A stretch of DNA of 64,000 nucleotides from Eledone cirrhosa (Eukaryota): assembly GCA_964016885.1 (NCBI GenBank), contig OZ024742.1, forward strand, positions 320,912,001 through 320,976,000. Direction: 5' to 3'. Below are positions 1 to 15,112 of this stretch, in pieces. The position numbers were made by a program, and so were the translations under genes. Within the stretch, counting starts at the first letter, position 1; the number at the start of each line of letters is the position of its first letter. Under the pieces are notes generated by a model, which did no database searches, was not told where the DNA came from, and saw only the letters and a program-made list of their open reading frames with translations.

Positions 1-1501
1 GGCTGGATCAATGCCATGCACAGCAGCCGCATCTGCTCTAGGGTCAAGGTGAATGGCTACCTCTCGGAGCCGTTCGAAATCGCGCGGTCCATCCGACAAG
101 GGTGCCCTCTCTCCTCCCTTCTGTATGTAATGACTCTAGAGCCACTGCTGCGGAAGTTGGAGTTGTTGCATGGCATTCTGTTGGAACCGGGATTGCGGAA
201 AGTGGTGTCCGCCTACGCCGATTACGTAACAGTGATGGTGTCGGCGGCCTCGGAAATCGGGGCGATCGGCACCTTACTGGAGGAGTAAGAAAGGTTTACA
301 GGGGCTAAGCTGAACCGGGACAAATCGATCGGTCTGCAACTCGGCACGTGGAGGGGCAGATCGATGCCCTCCGATGGCGTCGTCGGGCGCTGGACGGAGG
401 GCCCGGTGAAGTTGCTCGGGGTCTGGTTCGGACCAGACCTCCAGGTGGAGAAGAACTGGGGTGAGGTAACGAACAGGGTGTTTGCACTGACCCAGAAGTG
501 GGCCGAGTGCAAACTGTCCCTGAAAGGTCGGGCGGAGGTGGCGAACACTTATATAGCGTCGGTCATCTACTACCGCCTGACAGTTGTGCCTTGCCCAAGG
601 GAAACGCTCGCCAAAATGGATCGCGCACTCTTCCAATTCCTTTGGAAGAGGCGGGCTCCTATGGTGAGGAGATCCATCTGCTGTCAACACCCTTCGAAAG
701 GAGGGCTGGGGATGCCGTGACTAATGATGCGTAAACACGCATTAAGGCTATGGCACCTCCATGTATTCCTCACCGGTCAACAGGTGTGGGCCCCGTTTGT
801 GAGGCGAGCCTTTCCCAGACTCGTCTCGCTCACCGAGCTGCAATCCTGAGTCAAGCAAAGACCGAGAAAACTGGGCGCCTGGCACACCGAGTGTGCCCAG
901 GCGCTCACGGCTCTCTGGCAGGCGGACCCGGCTGTCAGTGGAGAATCCACCTCGTCATTCTATAGAGGGCTGGTGGTTAGCAGGTGCGACGACGCCCTTG
1001 GAGAAGACCTAGGCATGGAGGAAGACGAACTGGCCAACCTGTTCGGTAGGACATTTAGCCCGGGAGCCACGGATAACTTCCAGAGGCCCTGGCCTGGCAG
1101 TGCTACCGAGGGGCTCTGCCCGTTCGAGAAAGGCTCTACAGACACGGGCGCCCGGGTAGGGACCCCTCGAAAAAGATCTGTCCCAGATGCGTGTGCGACG
1201 AGGAAACCGTTGCACACGCATTGGTACACTGCTCGGGCATTGCCTATCTGTGTGGCTATGTCGAACAACTGCTGTCAAGGGTGGGACCGATCCGGTTGAC
1301 CACCGAGTCTATTGTAACGATCAAGCCGCCTCCCCTCTTCAAAAACGAAGGAGAGGCGGTATTTCTGTGCGTAATAGCCATGGCGAAAGAGGTTGTATGG
1401 TGGACGCGTCTGAAAGGACTGAGGTCAGACACCTTTCTCTCTGGCCAACAACTGGTCCGTTTCTTCCGATATCATTTCGGAAGAAGGATCAGGATGGAGA
1501 G

Positions 1502-1503
<2 letters not shown>
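1..1503 (+). mobile_element. Tx1-clade LINE ORF2 fragment (RT C-terminal half plus C-terminal Cys/His region), decayed
   Basis: Translations show IRQGCPLSSLLY, SAYADYVTV, VKLLGVWFG, LSLKGRA, KGGLGMP and CDEETVAHALVHC. In-frame stops at 286, 718 and 847 plus a frameshift near 1085. The frame runs into (TG)n at 1504 and the element extends off the window start. Confidence 0.88.
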
Positions 1504-1583
<80 letters not shown>

Positions 1584-1715
1584 CTCGGGTTCAATCAGGG
1601 TAACCACAGTATGTAAGGTACTCAATACATAGTATATAAATATTTAATATATATCAGGGCTTTCCTGATTGATTTCCTTCGAATGAAACAGTTCTAGTCC
1701 CGCATAAGCCACTTC

Positions 1716-1808
<93 letters not shown>

Positions 1809-2163
1809 TTGGAAAATGTGTGAGATCCTTGGTACAGTTAGGTATATTTGAAAATAATCTATTAATATTATAATATTATATTATAACATTAAATCATAGA
1901 ATTTTTTAACACAACAGTACAAGTGAAGTCATTCTTTTCCTTTTTTTTCAAATATATATATGTTTATCTATTTCTCTATAACCCTATTTATTTCTATCTG
2001 TCTTTCAATCGACACTGTGTCAATAATTAAAGAAACTTATCTGTATAAATACCTCCTCTCTATTAACCTCCTCTGATAACGAGTTTTCTGCTGGTGAAAT
2101 AACTAAGTCGACCATGTTAATTCATATTAATGGTCTTTATACATATATATATACATATACGTA

Positions 2164-2234
<71 letters not shown>

Positions 2235-2235
2235 G

Positions 2236-2287
<52 letters not shown>

Positions 2288-2324
2288 TACGTATATATAT
2301 ATGTGTGTGTGTGTGTGTACATAC

Positions 2325-2375
<51 letters not shown>

Positions 2376-2381
2376 CACATA

Positions 2382-2438
<57 letters not shown>

Positions 2439-2804
2439 ACATACATACATATACATACATATATGCATACAAATACATATATATGTATATACATAAATAA
2501 TACACATACATATGTATACACACACACACAAATATTTATACATATATACTTTCTATTTAAGTAAAGTTCTAAATAACTGAAATATTTTCTAAGCTCTCAT
2601 TGTCCTCCGGATGAGGAGTAATTAGCGGCACTTGAATCAATTACCCAGTAATTATCTATGTGTGGTGGTGGGCTAGTGGCACTAATGAGACCGTGGTTCT
2701 CTTTTCGTAGTGCTGATGGTACCCCTATGTAGAAATGAAGGTGGTGGTGGGGGTTTGGGAGCCAATGTTGTTGATAATTTCATTTAGACATAAAATACGT
2801 AACC

Positions 2805-2962
2805 TGGTGGCGAATTAGCAGAGGCGTTAAAACGTCGGTTAGAATGATTTGTGATATTCCTCCCGTCTCGTTGCGCTCTCGGAGTTCAAGTTGAACCGAG
2901 GCCAACTTTGTCTTTCAACATGTCGACGTCAATAAAAAAATTACCAATTCAGAACTGGGCTC
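2805..2962 (+). mobile_element. Degenerate tRNA-derived SINE, directly upstream of the 22-bp minisatellite
   Basis: ggtggcgaattagcag head, B-box-like gagttcaag, gaggccaactttgtctttc and aataaaaaaattacca...actggg, collinear with the intact SINE copies in the window. Confidence 0.6.
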
Positions 2963-2969
2963 TATTCTG

Positions 2970-4790
2970 CATCTATATTCTCTTCCACACTTCCTCTATA
3001 TCTCTGCCAAACTCCCACTATATAGCTTCCGAACTTCCTCTATATTCTCTTCCAAACTTTCTCTATATCTCTTCCGAACTTCCTTTATATTCTCTGGCAC
3101 ACTTCCTCTATATCTCTTCCGAACTTCCACTATATCTCTTCCGAACTTCCTCTATATCTCTTCCGAACTTCCACTATATCTCTTCCGAACTTTCTCTATA
3201 TCTCTTCCAAACTTCCTCTATATCTCTACCGAACTTCCACAATATCTCTACCGAACTTTCACAATATCTCTTCCAAACTTCCACAATACCTCTTCCAAAC
3301 TTCCACAATATCTCTTCCGAACTTCCACTATATCTCTACCGAACTTCCACTATATATCTTCCGAACTTCCACAATATCTCTACCGAACTTCCACAATATC
3401 TCTACCGAACTTTCACAATATCTCTTCCAAACTTCCACAATATCTCTTCCAAACTTCCACAATATCTCTTCCGAACTTCCACTATATCTCTACCGAACTT
3501 CCACTATATCTCTTCCGAACTTCCACAATATCTCTTCCGAACTTCCACAATATCTCTTCCGAACTTCCACAATATCTTTACCGAACTTTCACAATATCTC
3601 TTCCGAACTTCCACTATATCTCTTCCGAACTTCCACTATATCTCTTCCGAACTTCCACTATATCTCTTCCAAAGTTCCACTATATCTCTTCCGAACTTCC
3701 ACTATATCACTTCCAAACTTTCACATATCTCTTCTGATCCACTATATCTCTTCCGAACTTCCACTATATCTCTTCCGAACTTCCACAATATCTCTTCCGA
3801 ACTTCCTCTATATTCTCTGCCACACTTCCTCTATATCTCTTCCGAACTTCCTCTATATTCTCTGCCACACTTCCACTATATCTCTTCCGAACTTCCACTA
3901 TATCTCTTCCAAACTTTCTCTATATCTCTTCCGAACTTCCACTATATCTCTTCCAAACTTCCACAATATCTCTTCCGAACTTCCACAATATCTCTACCGA
4001 ACTTCCTCTATATCTCTTCCGAACTTCCACTATATCTCTTCCGAACTTCCACTATATCTCTTCCAAAGTTCCACTATATCTCTTCGGAACTTCCACTATA
4101 TCTCTTCCGAACTTCCACTATATCTCTTCCGAACTTCCACTATATCTCTTCCGAACTTCCACTATATCTCTTCCGAACTTCCACTATATCTCTTCCAAAC
4201 TTCCACTATATCTCTTTCAAACTTCCTCTATATCTCTTCCAAAGTTCCACTATATCTCTTCCAAACTTCCACTATATCTCTTCCAAACTTCCACTATATC
4301 TCTTTCAAACTTCCACTATATCTCTTCCGAACTTCCACTATATCTCTTCCAAACTTCCACTATATCTCTTTCAAACTTCCACTATATCTCTTCCAAACTT
4401 TCTCTATATCTCTTCCGAACTTCCACTATATCTCTTCCAAACTTCCACTATATCTCTTTCAAACTTCCTCTATATCTCTTCCAAAGTTCCACTATATCTC
4501 TTCCAAACTTCCACTATATCTCTTCCAAACTTCCACTATATCTCTTTCAAACTTCCTCTATATCTCTTCCAAAGTTCCACTATATCTCTTCCAAACTTCC
4601 ACTATATCTCTTTCAAACTTCCACTATATCTCTTCCGAACTTCCACTATATCGCTCCCAAACTTCCTCTATATCTCTTCCAAACTTCCACTATATCTCTC
4701 CCAAACTTCCTCTATATCTCTTCCAAACTTCCACTATATCTCTTCCAAACTTCCTCTATATCTCTCCCAAACTTCCTCTCTATCTCTTGC
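2970..4790. repeat. 22-bp minisatellite (ACTTCCACTATATCTCTTCCGA), about 80 copies
   Basis: Period of 22 read directly (ttccacta at 4091 and 4113). Confidence 0.95.
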
Positions 4791-5162
4791 ACCGTCCTCT
4801 CTATCTCTTGTACCGTCCTCTCTCTGCCTCTCTTGCCCCATCTCTGGAAGAAATCGGTTATGTTCAGAAATAAAAAGCTATATAAGTTTAAAATAATTAA
4901 ACAACCCAAAGTGAAGGCACGTGGCCTAGTGCTTCGATTCCTAGATCAGGTATTTCATTATGTCCTTCAGCTTCGTACGTTGCTCCAATTCACTCAGCTC
5001 AAAGGAATAGCCAGCAAAAGCCGAGAGTTAGCTCAGCGAAGGACCGGCGTCCTGTCCAGGGGATAATCATGTATTTTCAATTGCTAAACACTCCTAAAAC
5101 AAAAATAAAACGGTACCTCATTGGTTGAACCCAAGGAGAAGCGTTGTGATGGCCAAGTGGAC

Positions 5163-6510
5163 ATCACCACACACCACCACACACCACCACAACACACCAC
5201 CACACGCCACCACACACCACCACAACACACCACCACACACCACCACACACCACCACACACACCACCACACACCACCACACACACCACCACACACCACCAC
5301 CACACACCACACACCACACACCACCACCACACACCACCACACACCACCACACACCACCACACCACACACCACCACCACACCACACACACCCACCACCACA
5401 CCACCACACACCACCACACACACCACCACACACCACCACACACACCACACACCACACACACCACCACACACCACCACACACCACCACCACACACCACCAC
5501 CACACACACCACACACACCACACACACCACACACACACCACACACCACCACACACCACCACACACAACCACACACCACCAACAACACTACACACCACCAC
5601 ACCACCACAACACCACACAACACCACACATCACCACACATCACCACACACCACACACCACACACCACCACCACCACACACCACCACAACACACCACCACA
5701 CACCACCACACACACACCACCACACACCACCACACAACACCACATACCACCACACACCACCACACCATACACCACCACACACCACCACAAGCACCACCAC
5801 ACACCACCACACCATACACCACCACACACCACCACTAACACCACACACCACCACACACCACCACACACAACCACACACCACCATACAACACTACACACCA
5901 CCACACACCACCACAACACCACACATCACCACACATCACCACACACCACACACCACCACACACCACCACACACCACAACACACCACCGCACACCACCACA
6001 CACCACCACACACCACCACAAACCACACACCACACACCCACACACCACACACCACCACACACCACCACACACCACCACACACCACACACCACACACCACC
6101 ACACACCACAACACACCACCACACACCACCACACACCACCACACAACACCACACACCAGCACACACCACCACACAACACTACACACCACCACACACCACA
6201 CACCACACACCACCACACCATACACCCCACACACCACCACACAACACCACACATCACCACACACGACCACACACAACCACACCACACCACACACCACACA
6301 CCACCACACCATACACAACCACACACCACCATACAACACCACACACCACCACACACCACCACACACCACCACACATCACCACACATCACCACACACCACA
6401 CACCACCACACACGACCTCAACATACCACCACACACCACCACACATCACTACAACGCATCACAACACACCACCACACACCACCACACACCACCACACACC
6501 ACCACACGTC
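5163..6510. repeat. CAC/CA low-complexity satellite
   Basis: Mixed ACC/AC repeats. Confidence 0.95.
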
Positions 6511-6686
6511 GTCACATCTCACCGAATGCCTCACATCACAACCCATCGCCACACATTGCCAGCACACCATTCACACACCATCATCATATATCATCAACAC
6601 ACAACACCACTTCACCTCTTCACCACACCTCGCCACCCCACCTCACCAAAGCCCCTCTCATGACAACACAACACCACCTCACATAA

Positions 6687-7592
6687 CCACACCTCGCCAC
6701 TACACCTCGCCACTCCACCTCGCCACTACACCTCGCCACTACACCTCGCCACTACACCTCGCCACTCCACCTCGCCACTCCACCTCGCCACTCCACCTCA
6801 CCACTACACCTCGCCACTCCACCTCACCACTCCACCTCACCACTACACCTCGCCACTCCACCTCTCCACTATACCTCACCCTACACCTCGCCACTACACC
6901 TCGCCACTACACCTCGCCACTCCACCTCGCCACTACACCTCGCCACTACACCTCGCCACTACACCTCGCCACTCCACCTCGCCACTACACCTCGCCACTA
7001 CACCTCGCCACTACACCTCGCCACTCCACCTCGCCACTACACCTCGCCACTACACCTCGCCACTCTACCTCGCCACTACACCTCGCCACTCCACCTCGCC
7101 ACTCCACCTCGCCACTACACCTCGCCACTCTACCTCTCCACTATACCTCGCCACTACACCTCGCCACTACACCTCGCCACTACACCTCGCCACTCCACCT
7201 CGCCACTACACCTCGCCACTACACCTCGCCACTCTACCTCGCCACTACACCTCGCCACTCCACCTCGCCACTCCACCTCGCCACTACACCTCGCCACTCT
7301 ACCTCTCCACTATACCTCGCCACTACACCTCGCCACTACACCTCGCCACTACACCTCGCCACTCCACCTCGCCACTACACCTCGCCACTACACCTCACCA
7401 CTACACCTCGCCACTCCACCTCGCCACTACACCTCGCCACTCCACCTCGCCACTACACCTCGCCACTCCACCTCGCCACTCCACCTCGCCACTCCACCTC
7501 GGCACTCCACCTCGCCACTCCACCTCGCCACTCCACCTCGCCACTCCACCTCGCCACTCCACCTCGCCACTACACCTCGCCACCACACCTCC
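6687..7592. repeat. 13-bp minisatellite CGCCACT(A/C)CACCT, about 70 copies
   Basis: Period of 13 (cgccact at 6721 and 6734). Confidence 0.95.
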
Positions 7593-7971
7593 CCATCATA
7601 CGTCACCACTCAACATTACCACATCACCACCACATCGCTCCAGAGTTCCCCACCATCCACACACCATTGTCACACGTCATTAGCACACCACGCAACCATA
7701 CCTCGCCACCACACATTGCCGAGGTGTCTGTGTGTGTGTGTATATATGTATGTGTATGTGTGTATGTGTGTATGTATGTGCATGTATGTGTGTATATGTG
7801 TCTGTATGTGTGCATGCATGTGTGCATGTGCGTGTGCGTATGAATGTGTGAATGTTTGTATGTGTGTATGTGTGTATGTGTGTATGTGTGCACATGTATG
7901 TTTGTATGTGTGTATGCATGTGTGTATGGGTATATGTATGTATGCGTGTATGTGTACGTACATGTATGTAT

Positions 7972-8002
<31 letters not shown>

Positions 8003-8117
8003 AGTGCGTGTGTGCGTGTGTGTGTGTGTGTGCGTGTGTGTGTGTGTACATGTGTGTGTGTGTGTACATGTGTGCGTGTGTGTGTGTGCATGTGTGTGTG
8101 TGTGTGTGCATGTGTGT

Positions 8118-8201
<84 letters not shown>

Positions 8202-8524
8202 AAAACTGCAGCTGTAGCTAATCAGGCTGGACATGACAGGTATTAAAGAAATGTCCTTTTGTTTGTCACAGAAGTAGACTTCGGTTACACAAGTCAGTTT
8301 TTCACCTCGACAAATCCCTTTTCAAGCAACTGTCTTCTCGTCGAAAGTAATGATATTTATATCATTAATGATGGTGATGGTGGTGGTAGCAGTAGTTGTG
8401 GTGGTGGGGTTGGTGGCTGTGGTGATGCTGATGATGGCGATGACGACGATGATGATAATGTTTTTAATAATTTTTCATAATTATAACAACTGTTATTTAT
8501 TAGAGAAGAAGAAGAAGAAGAAGA

Positions 8525-8563
<39 letters not shown>

Positions 8564-8845
8564 GTGATGAAGCGAGGAAAAGAAGGCAGCAAGAAAGGAC
8601 GAAATTGAAAAGAGCTTTCATTTTATTAAACTTTAATCAACTGTCCGTATTCTTCCGTCATTTATCACCTGATCTCGATTTTTCTATTCCGTCATCCCTA
8701 CATTCCTCAAACCCACACCTCCAATCTTTATTCACCTGTTCTATCATTCTCTCATTCTCTCTCTTGCTTGTTATTTATTTGCAGTTTATTATTTGCCCTG
8801 AAACTGTTGTTTTCTGCTTTGCGTTGCTGCTGCTGCTGCTGCTGC

Positions 8846-8882
<37 letters not shown>

Positions 8883-8940
8883 GCTGCTGGTGTTATTGTT
8901 GCTGCTGGTGTTATTGTTGCTGTTGTTGTTGGTGTAGTTG

Positions 8941-9140
8941 NNNNNNNNNNNNNNNNNNNNNNNNNNNNNNNNNNNNNNNNNNNNNNNNNNNNNNNNNNNN
9001 NNNNNNNNNNNNNNNNNNNNNNNNNNNNNNNNNNNNNNNNNNNNNNNNNNNNNNNNNNNNNNNNNNNNNNNNNNNNNNNNNNNNNNNNNNNNNNNNNNNN
9101 NNNNNNNNNNNNNNNNNNNNNNNNNNNNNNNNNNNNNNNN
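8941..9140. other. Assembly gap (200 N)
   Basis: Run of N. Confidence 1.
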
Positions 9141-10167
9141 AGGACTTTGACAAGATGGTGATCTGGTGTGATTAGTAGAGTGTCGTCAAGTGAAGTGTTG
9201 ATGAACTGGATGAAAGAACAATATTGTATATATTTAAAACGGATGCGATATCATTTCCGGCTGTGGTGATCTGGAGTTGGAAGATAGAAGGAAGAGAAGT
9301 GAAATAGATCTACAAAGAGAAACAACGAAATAAGAAAGGCAGAAGTCAACAAGCAAATAAAATGTAATGGAAATAGGGAAATAGAAGAATTAATGTAAAT
9401 AGGCGAAGATAAGTAATAATAGGAAGGAGTGAAAGGAGAGAAGAATGGGAGAAAATATAGTGAAAGAGACAGAGAGATAGTGATAGAGAGAGAGATGGAG
9501 AGATGGGGAGTTTAAAGAAAGGTATTAGGAGGTTTAAATTAGAGTTAGCGGAAATATTAGTTTTAGAGAAGAAGGGAGGGAGGAGAAAAGAGAGAAGGGG
9601 GAGTGGGAGAGCGAGAGAGAAGTGAAAGTGAGAGGGGGGAGAATGAAAGAGAGAGAAAGAAAGAGAGAAAAAGTGGGTAGGGAGGAAAGGTATAGAGAAA
9701 GAAGGGAGAGAGGGGAAAGGAAAAGAGAGAGAAAGAGAAAAAAGCCAGGGAGGTAGGAGTGATAGGGGGAGTATAAGAGAGAGGATAGAGAAATGAAAGT
9801 AAAAGAGAGAGGGTATAGAGAGATAGTAAAAGAGTAGTTTACTCGCTCATTAGGGCGTACAGATGGTGTAGTATAGACGGGCAGGAATCCTCTGACCCCC
9901 CCCCACCCACACACAACACTAGCAACATCTCCGTTAAGGTGCCGTCGAAGCCTGGCTATATTGGTTTTAAATCGTCTTAGACTTTCATTGAGGGTACAAT
10001 ACTTTATTGTGCTCTTGCTGTAGCTGTAATAAGTCTCCGAAACGCATGATTTGCCAATAGGCACATTATGTTTGCTTACTGATTGACTGGCTGACCTGTT
10101 GACTAGAGATGCTAGTCCAATAGAATTTATCGGAAAATTCAATTTCCATATAAATGTAAACGTTGTT

Positions 10168-10293
10168 AAATTCTGAAGAGCCGATTTATTACGGTGCTGT
10201 CGCAATATTGGAAAGTGAATTTTCCGATAAATTCTATCGGACTTGCATTTCTAGATTTTGTTTAACTGTAGACTGGCGAAACACGTGTCAATT
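10168..10293 (+). ncRNA. Candidate type I hammerhead ribozyme with very long stem II
   Basis: aatt-CTGAAGA-gccg...(about 90 nt; ttacggt pairs with actgtag)...tggc-GAAA-cacgtg-TC-aatt. Stem I is only 4 bp; stem III is palindromic. Confidence 0.5.
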
Positions 10294-10349
10294 ATATAAT
10301 AAATGTTAGTCCTTTAACTATGAAGTTATTATATTCATGTTATTTATTA

Positions 10350-11245
10350 TCTATATATATAAAACTGGGGATGTCTGTGTGTGTGTGAGTTTGAATCCTA
10401 AAACTCGAGAACCACCCAACCTACTGTTTTCAAACTTTACACAATGTAATACTTATGTTTCAGGCAGTGTTCTGAGCAAAAAAAATTCAAATTTTCAATG
10501 CCCTAGAGACCGCATTAAACGATTTAGTGATCTCTCTCGATAATTCTTAGTCTTTTCTCTTTTAGATAGATACATACATATCACGTTGCACCCATATAAT
10601 ATCTGTCTGTATGCCTGACTGTCTGCATTACGTCACTTCCTTGAGGATGTCTGTCTGTGTGTGTGTGTGTCTGTGAGTTTGAATCCCGAAAACTCGAGAA
10701 GTACCCAACCAACTTTTTTCAAATTTTTACATGTGTATTATTTATGTTTCAGGGAGTGTTATGCACTTTTATCAACTTTTTGATCCCTAGAGCCCGCATT
10801 AAGTGAAAAACTGCGTTTTTTCAGGTTTTTAGGGGTTTTTTCAGGCGTTACGTCAGACTGATTTCTTTGAAATTGTAACTATGTATTAGTCAGTCTCTTC
10901 TTCATACCGTGAGCAAAGGAAATCCACTTTTTTATGGCCTAGGGCCAGCATTAGGTGAAAAACTTCATTTTTTCAGCTTTTTAGGGCTTTTTTGAGGCGT
11001 TATGTCTAGCCGATTTTCCCGAAATTTCAAGGCATATTATGCACATAACAAAATTCATTTTCTTGATCCCCTAGAGCCCACATTAGGTGAAAACCTGCAT
11101 TTTTCCTCCTTCATCGAGGAAAATTTCCAGCCATCAGAATATTCGGTTTATTTTCTTCAGGCATGCAGTTTTTCCACGATTAAGTCTGTTGGCGGCCCGC
11201 GTTCCAAAATACATTATCCCGTGCAACGCCGGGTACCGCTGCTAG
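10350..11245 (+). mobile_element. Non-autonomous Helitron
   Basis: Begins A|TCTATATATATAAA and ends with an imperfect hairpin cccgtgcaacgccggg then CTAG|T (AT target, no TSD). Internal direct duplication of about 10369-10520 at about 10646-10810. Confidence 0.8.
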
Positions 11246-11346
11246 TATTATATATAAACACTCCTGGAATTACCTTCATTGTACACACGGTTGATCACCA
11301 CGGAAACACTATGATGAACGAGTCATTTGTCGAGTCAAAAATCTGA

Positions 11347-11408
11347 TCACTACTATATATATACACACACACACACACACAACACACACACACACACGCA
11401 CAAACATA

Positions 11409-11439
<31 letters not shown>

Positions 11440-11687
11440 TGTGTATATATAGTTGAATTGAAAGCGATGCAAAGATAGAAAGTCACATTAAGTTCAGCGC
11501 ACTTCTTGTCCTCCTCCTCTGTCAATCTATTCTATATTTCATCTACCTGTCAGCCACCTTGTGGATTATCTCTCTGTTGACCACTAGCCGCTGGTTTCTG
11601 TACTTTGAGGCATGTCTGTATATTTTAATTATTTGAAAAATTATTTTTAAGCGAACGTGACCCAACGGAAGGTCACGGATGGTCTAG
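11347..11687 (+). mobile_element. Possible second non-autonomous Helitron (3' end clear, 5' end uncertain)
   Basis: Hairpin cgtgacc-caacggaa-ggtcacg followed 6 nt later by CTAG|T at 11684-11687. Confidence 0.45.
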
Positions 11688-11922
11688 TATATATATATAT
11701 AACTACTAACGTTAGTTACAACAATGGCGCCATATCAGGTACATAAGTTTCGTTACCTCTGAGGATCAACTTGTTCAACCTGTGCCGATTGTACGGCGCC
11801 GTTGTAGTAACTGGCTTTAATAATAATATTCAAACTCACCCTACAGACTTGAGTTGCTCTATACTGGATAATTTTACCTACCAATTACGACTATATATAT
11901 ATATTTATATATACATATATAC

Positions 11923-11953
<31 letters not shown>

Positions 11954-12377
11954 AACACGTGACAGCTATAGATACGATACGCTGCATCTAGCAGCAACAT
12001 TTAGCCTATCACCCCGTTCTGGGTAGAACGAAAATCTGTTGAAAAACTGAATCCTCTGTTCGATCATAATTACCACGAGCTTGCCAATCACGTAAGTCTG
12101 ATATTTGATTTCGGATTCAAAGAAACACTTTAAACGTATAATCGTTTGATTTGTTCAGGTGTATTTATTTTTCTCAACCTGTTAGTTCTATCGTTACTTT
12201 GGTATATTATTGTGTGTTAGAATTTGCCTACCACAATGTTCGATTTGTCAAGCTATTTAAACGTATGTTATTACTCTAAGGACCTACCTTATCGAGTGCT
12301 TTGCTAACTCATCATTTCATATAAGTAGACCTTTATTTGTCTGCCTCTCTGTTTTGTTCCCGAATACATTTGTACTG

Positions 12378-12445
<68 letters not shown>

Positions 12446-12596
12446 TAATTTTGATAACTTTGATAGGTTTCGGCCAGTATTGGCCCAGACCATGTCTAAC
12501 TTAATAGCACCACCTGGCGAAGTCTTTCAAATCAGTATTTGGACACCATGACCCACTTAAATAGAGACATCCGGGTGTAGGATATATAAATATATG

Positions 12597-12661
<65 letters not shown>

Positions 12662-13341
12662 CTATCTCTCTCTCTATATATATATTTGAAAAAAAAGGAA
12701 AAGAATGACTTTACTTGTAGTGCTAAATAATTTTATTTAATGTTAAAATATAAAAATATTATGAGTTGGTAGATCTAATAAGTTCTTTGTTAACTTTGGT
12801 GGGAAGAATTTTGAAGATTCCTGGTTAACTTTAGTGGAAAACTTTCTCACATTCGTCGCACACCTAAATTCATCTTTGATATAGAAATTTCTAGAAGACA
12901 TTCTTTATAAATTTAAGAGAGTTGATTCAGCTATAAGAAACGAAATAGAAAAACAACCCTGCCATTATATACTCATCAAAGGTCATCTAATTGAAAAAAA
13001 AACAACGGTTTATTTAAATTAAACTGTTGGAAGAAAATAGATGTAAAAGGGAGATAGACAAGATAGATGTAAAAAGGAGAGAGACAAAAAATTGAGAGGG
13101 AGAGAGATAAAGAGAATAGATAAAGAGAATAGAAAGAGAAAGAGAGAGATAGAAGAAAAAGAGAAAAGATATAATATTAAGAGAGAGTGAAGGAAAGAAC
13201 AAATAATTGAGATGGAGAGAGAAAGAAAAAAGTATTGTGCGGGAGAGAGAAAAGAATGTTGAAAAAAATATATATATATATAATAAATAATATATAATAG
13301 GTATATATACATATATATATATACAAATATAAATATACATG

Positions 13342-13394
<53 letters not shown>

Positions 13395-13483
13395 AGTTAG
13401 GTTGCTTGGATGCGTCCATAGGCGGTATGCCGGGGTTGAGCACTCTATGCTCTTTCGGAGCTATATTTATTTAATTTTAATAA

Positions 13484-13835
<352 letters not shown>

Positions 13836-13848
13836 ACTATATATACAG

Positions 13849-14030
13849 GGCGGGGGATTGGCAGTATCGGTAGAGGGTCGGACGCCATGCTTTCCAGTAT
13901 AGTTACTGCGGTCTGAGTTCAAATCCCGCCGAGGTTAACTTTGCCTTTCATCCTTACGGGGTCGATAAAATAAAGTACCAGTAATGTACTGGATAATTGA
14001 TGGCCTTGTGCCAAAAGTAGAAACAATTAT
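13849..14030 (+). mobile_element. tRNA-derived SINE (family 1)
   Basis: A box tggcagtatcgg, B box gagttcaaatcc, central gcctttcatccttacggggtcgataaa, tail gtagaaacaattat. Confidence 0.9.
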
Positions 14031-14388
14031 TACTATATATATATATATATATATATTGGAAAATGTGTGAGATCCTTGGTACAATTAGATATATTTGAAA
14101 AAAAGGAAAAGAATGACTTCACTTGTAGTACTAAATAATTTTATTTAATTTTATAATATAAAGCCCTGACAAAGGCTAGGGGTCCTTCACTCCCAGTGGT
14201 TTAATTGCGCGATCGGGTGTGCAGTCCGACTTTTTCTATGTCCCCGCGCATATTTACATCCATATATACACATATATATATAGACACATATATATATATT
14301 TTTTTATAGATACATATATCCACTAATTTCAACCGTTGAGGTTGTCTTTTTTCCAGGTATGTCAAAATTTATTTATAAAACAAATCTG

Positions 14389-14454
14389 TATTTTATCTGA
14401 TGAAAGCGCACCATAATTTACCTTGGTGGCCCTTGAAATATATATAATAAAATA
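14389..14454 (+). ncRNA. Type I hammerhead ribozyme, family B
   Basis: tattttat-CTGATGA-aagcgcacca(loop)tggtggccctt-GAAA-tatata-TA^ataaaata. Perfect 8-bp stem I; predicted cleavage after 14446. Confidence 0.75.
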
Positions 14455-14581
14455 ATTATGGTTTTATAAATATAGTTTCCATTTATTAATATATTTACTC
14501 CACTAACTTGTTGAGTGCTTTATATCAGTTATAAAAAAAATGTTTAAGCTTGTTGAATCCCAACAAATTAAATATAACATC

Positions 14582-14675
<94 letters not shown>

Positions 14676-14676
14676 C

Positions 14677-14711
<35 letters not shown>

Positions 14712-14752
14712 AATATATATATACATACATATATATATGTATGTATATATAT

Positions 14753-14854
<102 letters not shown>

Positions 14855-14884
14855 GTATGTATATATATATATATATATGTATAA

Positions 14885-14964
<80 letters not shown>

Positions 14965-14967
<3 letters not shown>

Positions 14968-15112
14968 AACCAGTAAGACCCCGACGGCTGAGCTCAAACC
15001 GTTTCGACGGCTAATTCTGGACTATAGTCCTATTACCCACTCTACTACCCTAAGTATTGAGTACTTTGGTGCGTTATGGTCCACCTGGTTCCTTACCACA
15101 TTTCCTTCGTTA
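14965..15112 (+). mobile_element. TA-embedded PLE-type terminal fragment, family A (copies at 16309-16446, 54815-55011, 55505-55613, 60304-60450)
   Basis: Shared end aagtattgagtactttggtgcgttatggtccacctggttccttaccacatttccttcgtta followed by (TA)n, each with an inverted upstream arm. Confidence 0.7.

Noticed and set aside
2851-4896. 681-aa ORF
   Set aside because: Translation of the stop-free strand of a 22-bp minisatellite, with no domain.
5121-6686. His/Thr/Pro-rich 521-aa ORF and the many YI, CV and HT ORFs
   Set aside because: Microsatellite translations.
13849-14030. tRNA genes at A/B-box sequences
   Set aside because: These are SINE heads with extended A-B spacing, a shared core and tail, and TSDs; no cloverleaf.
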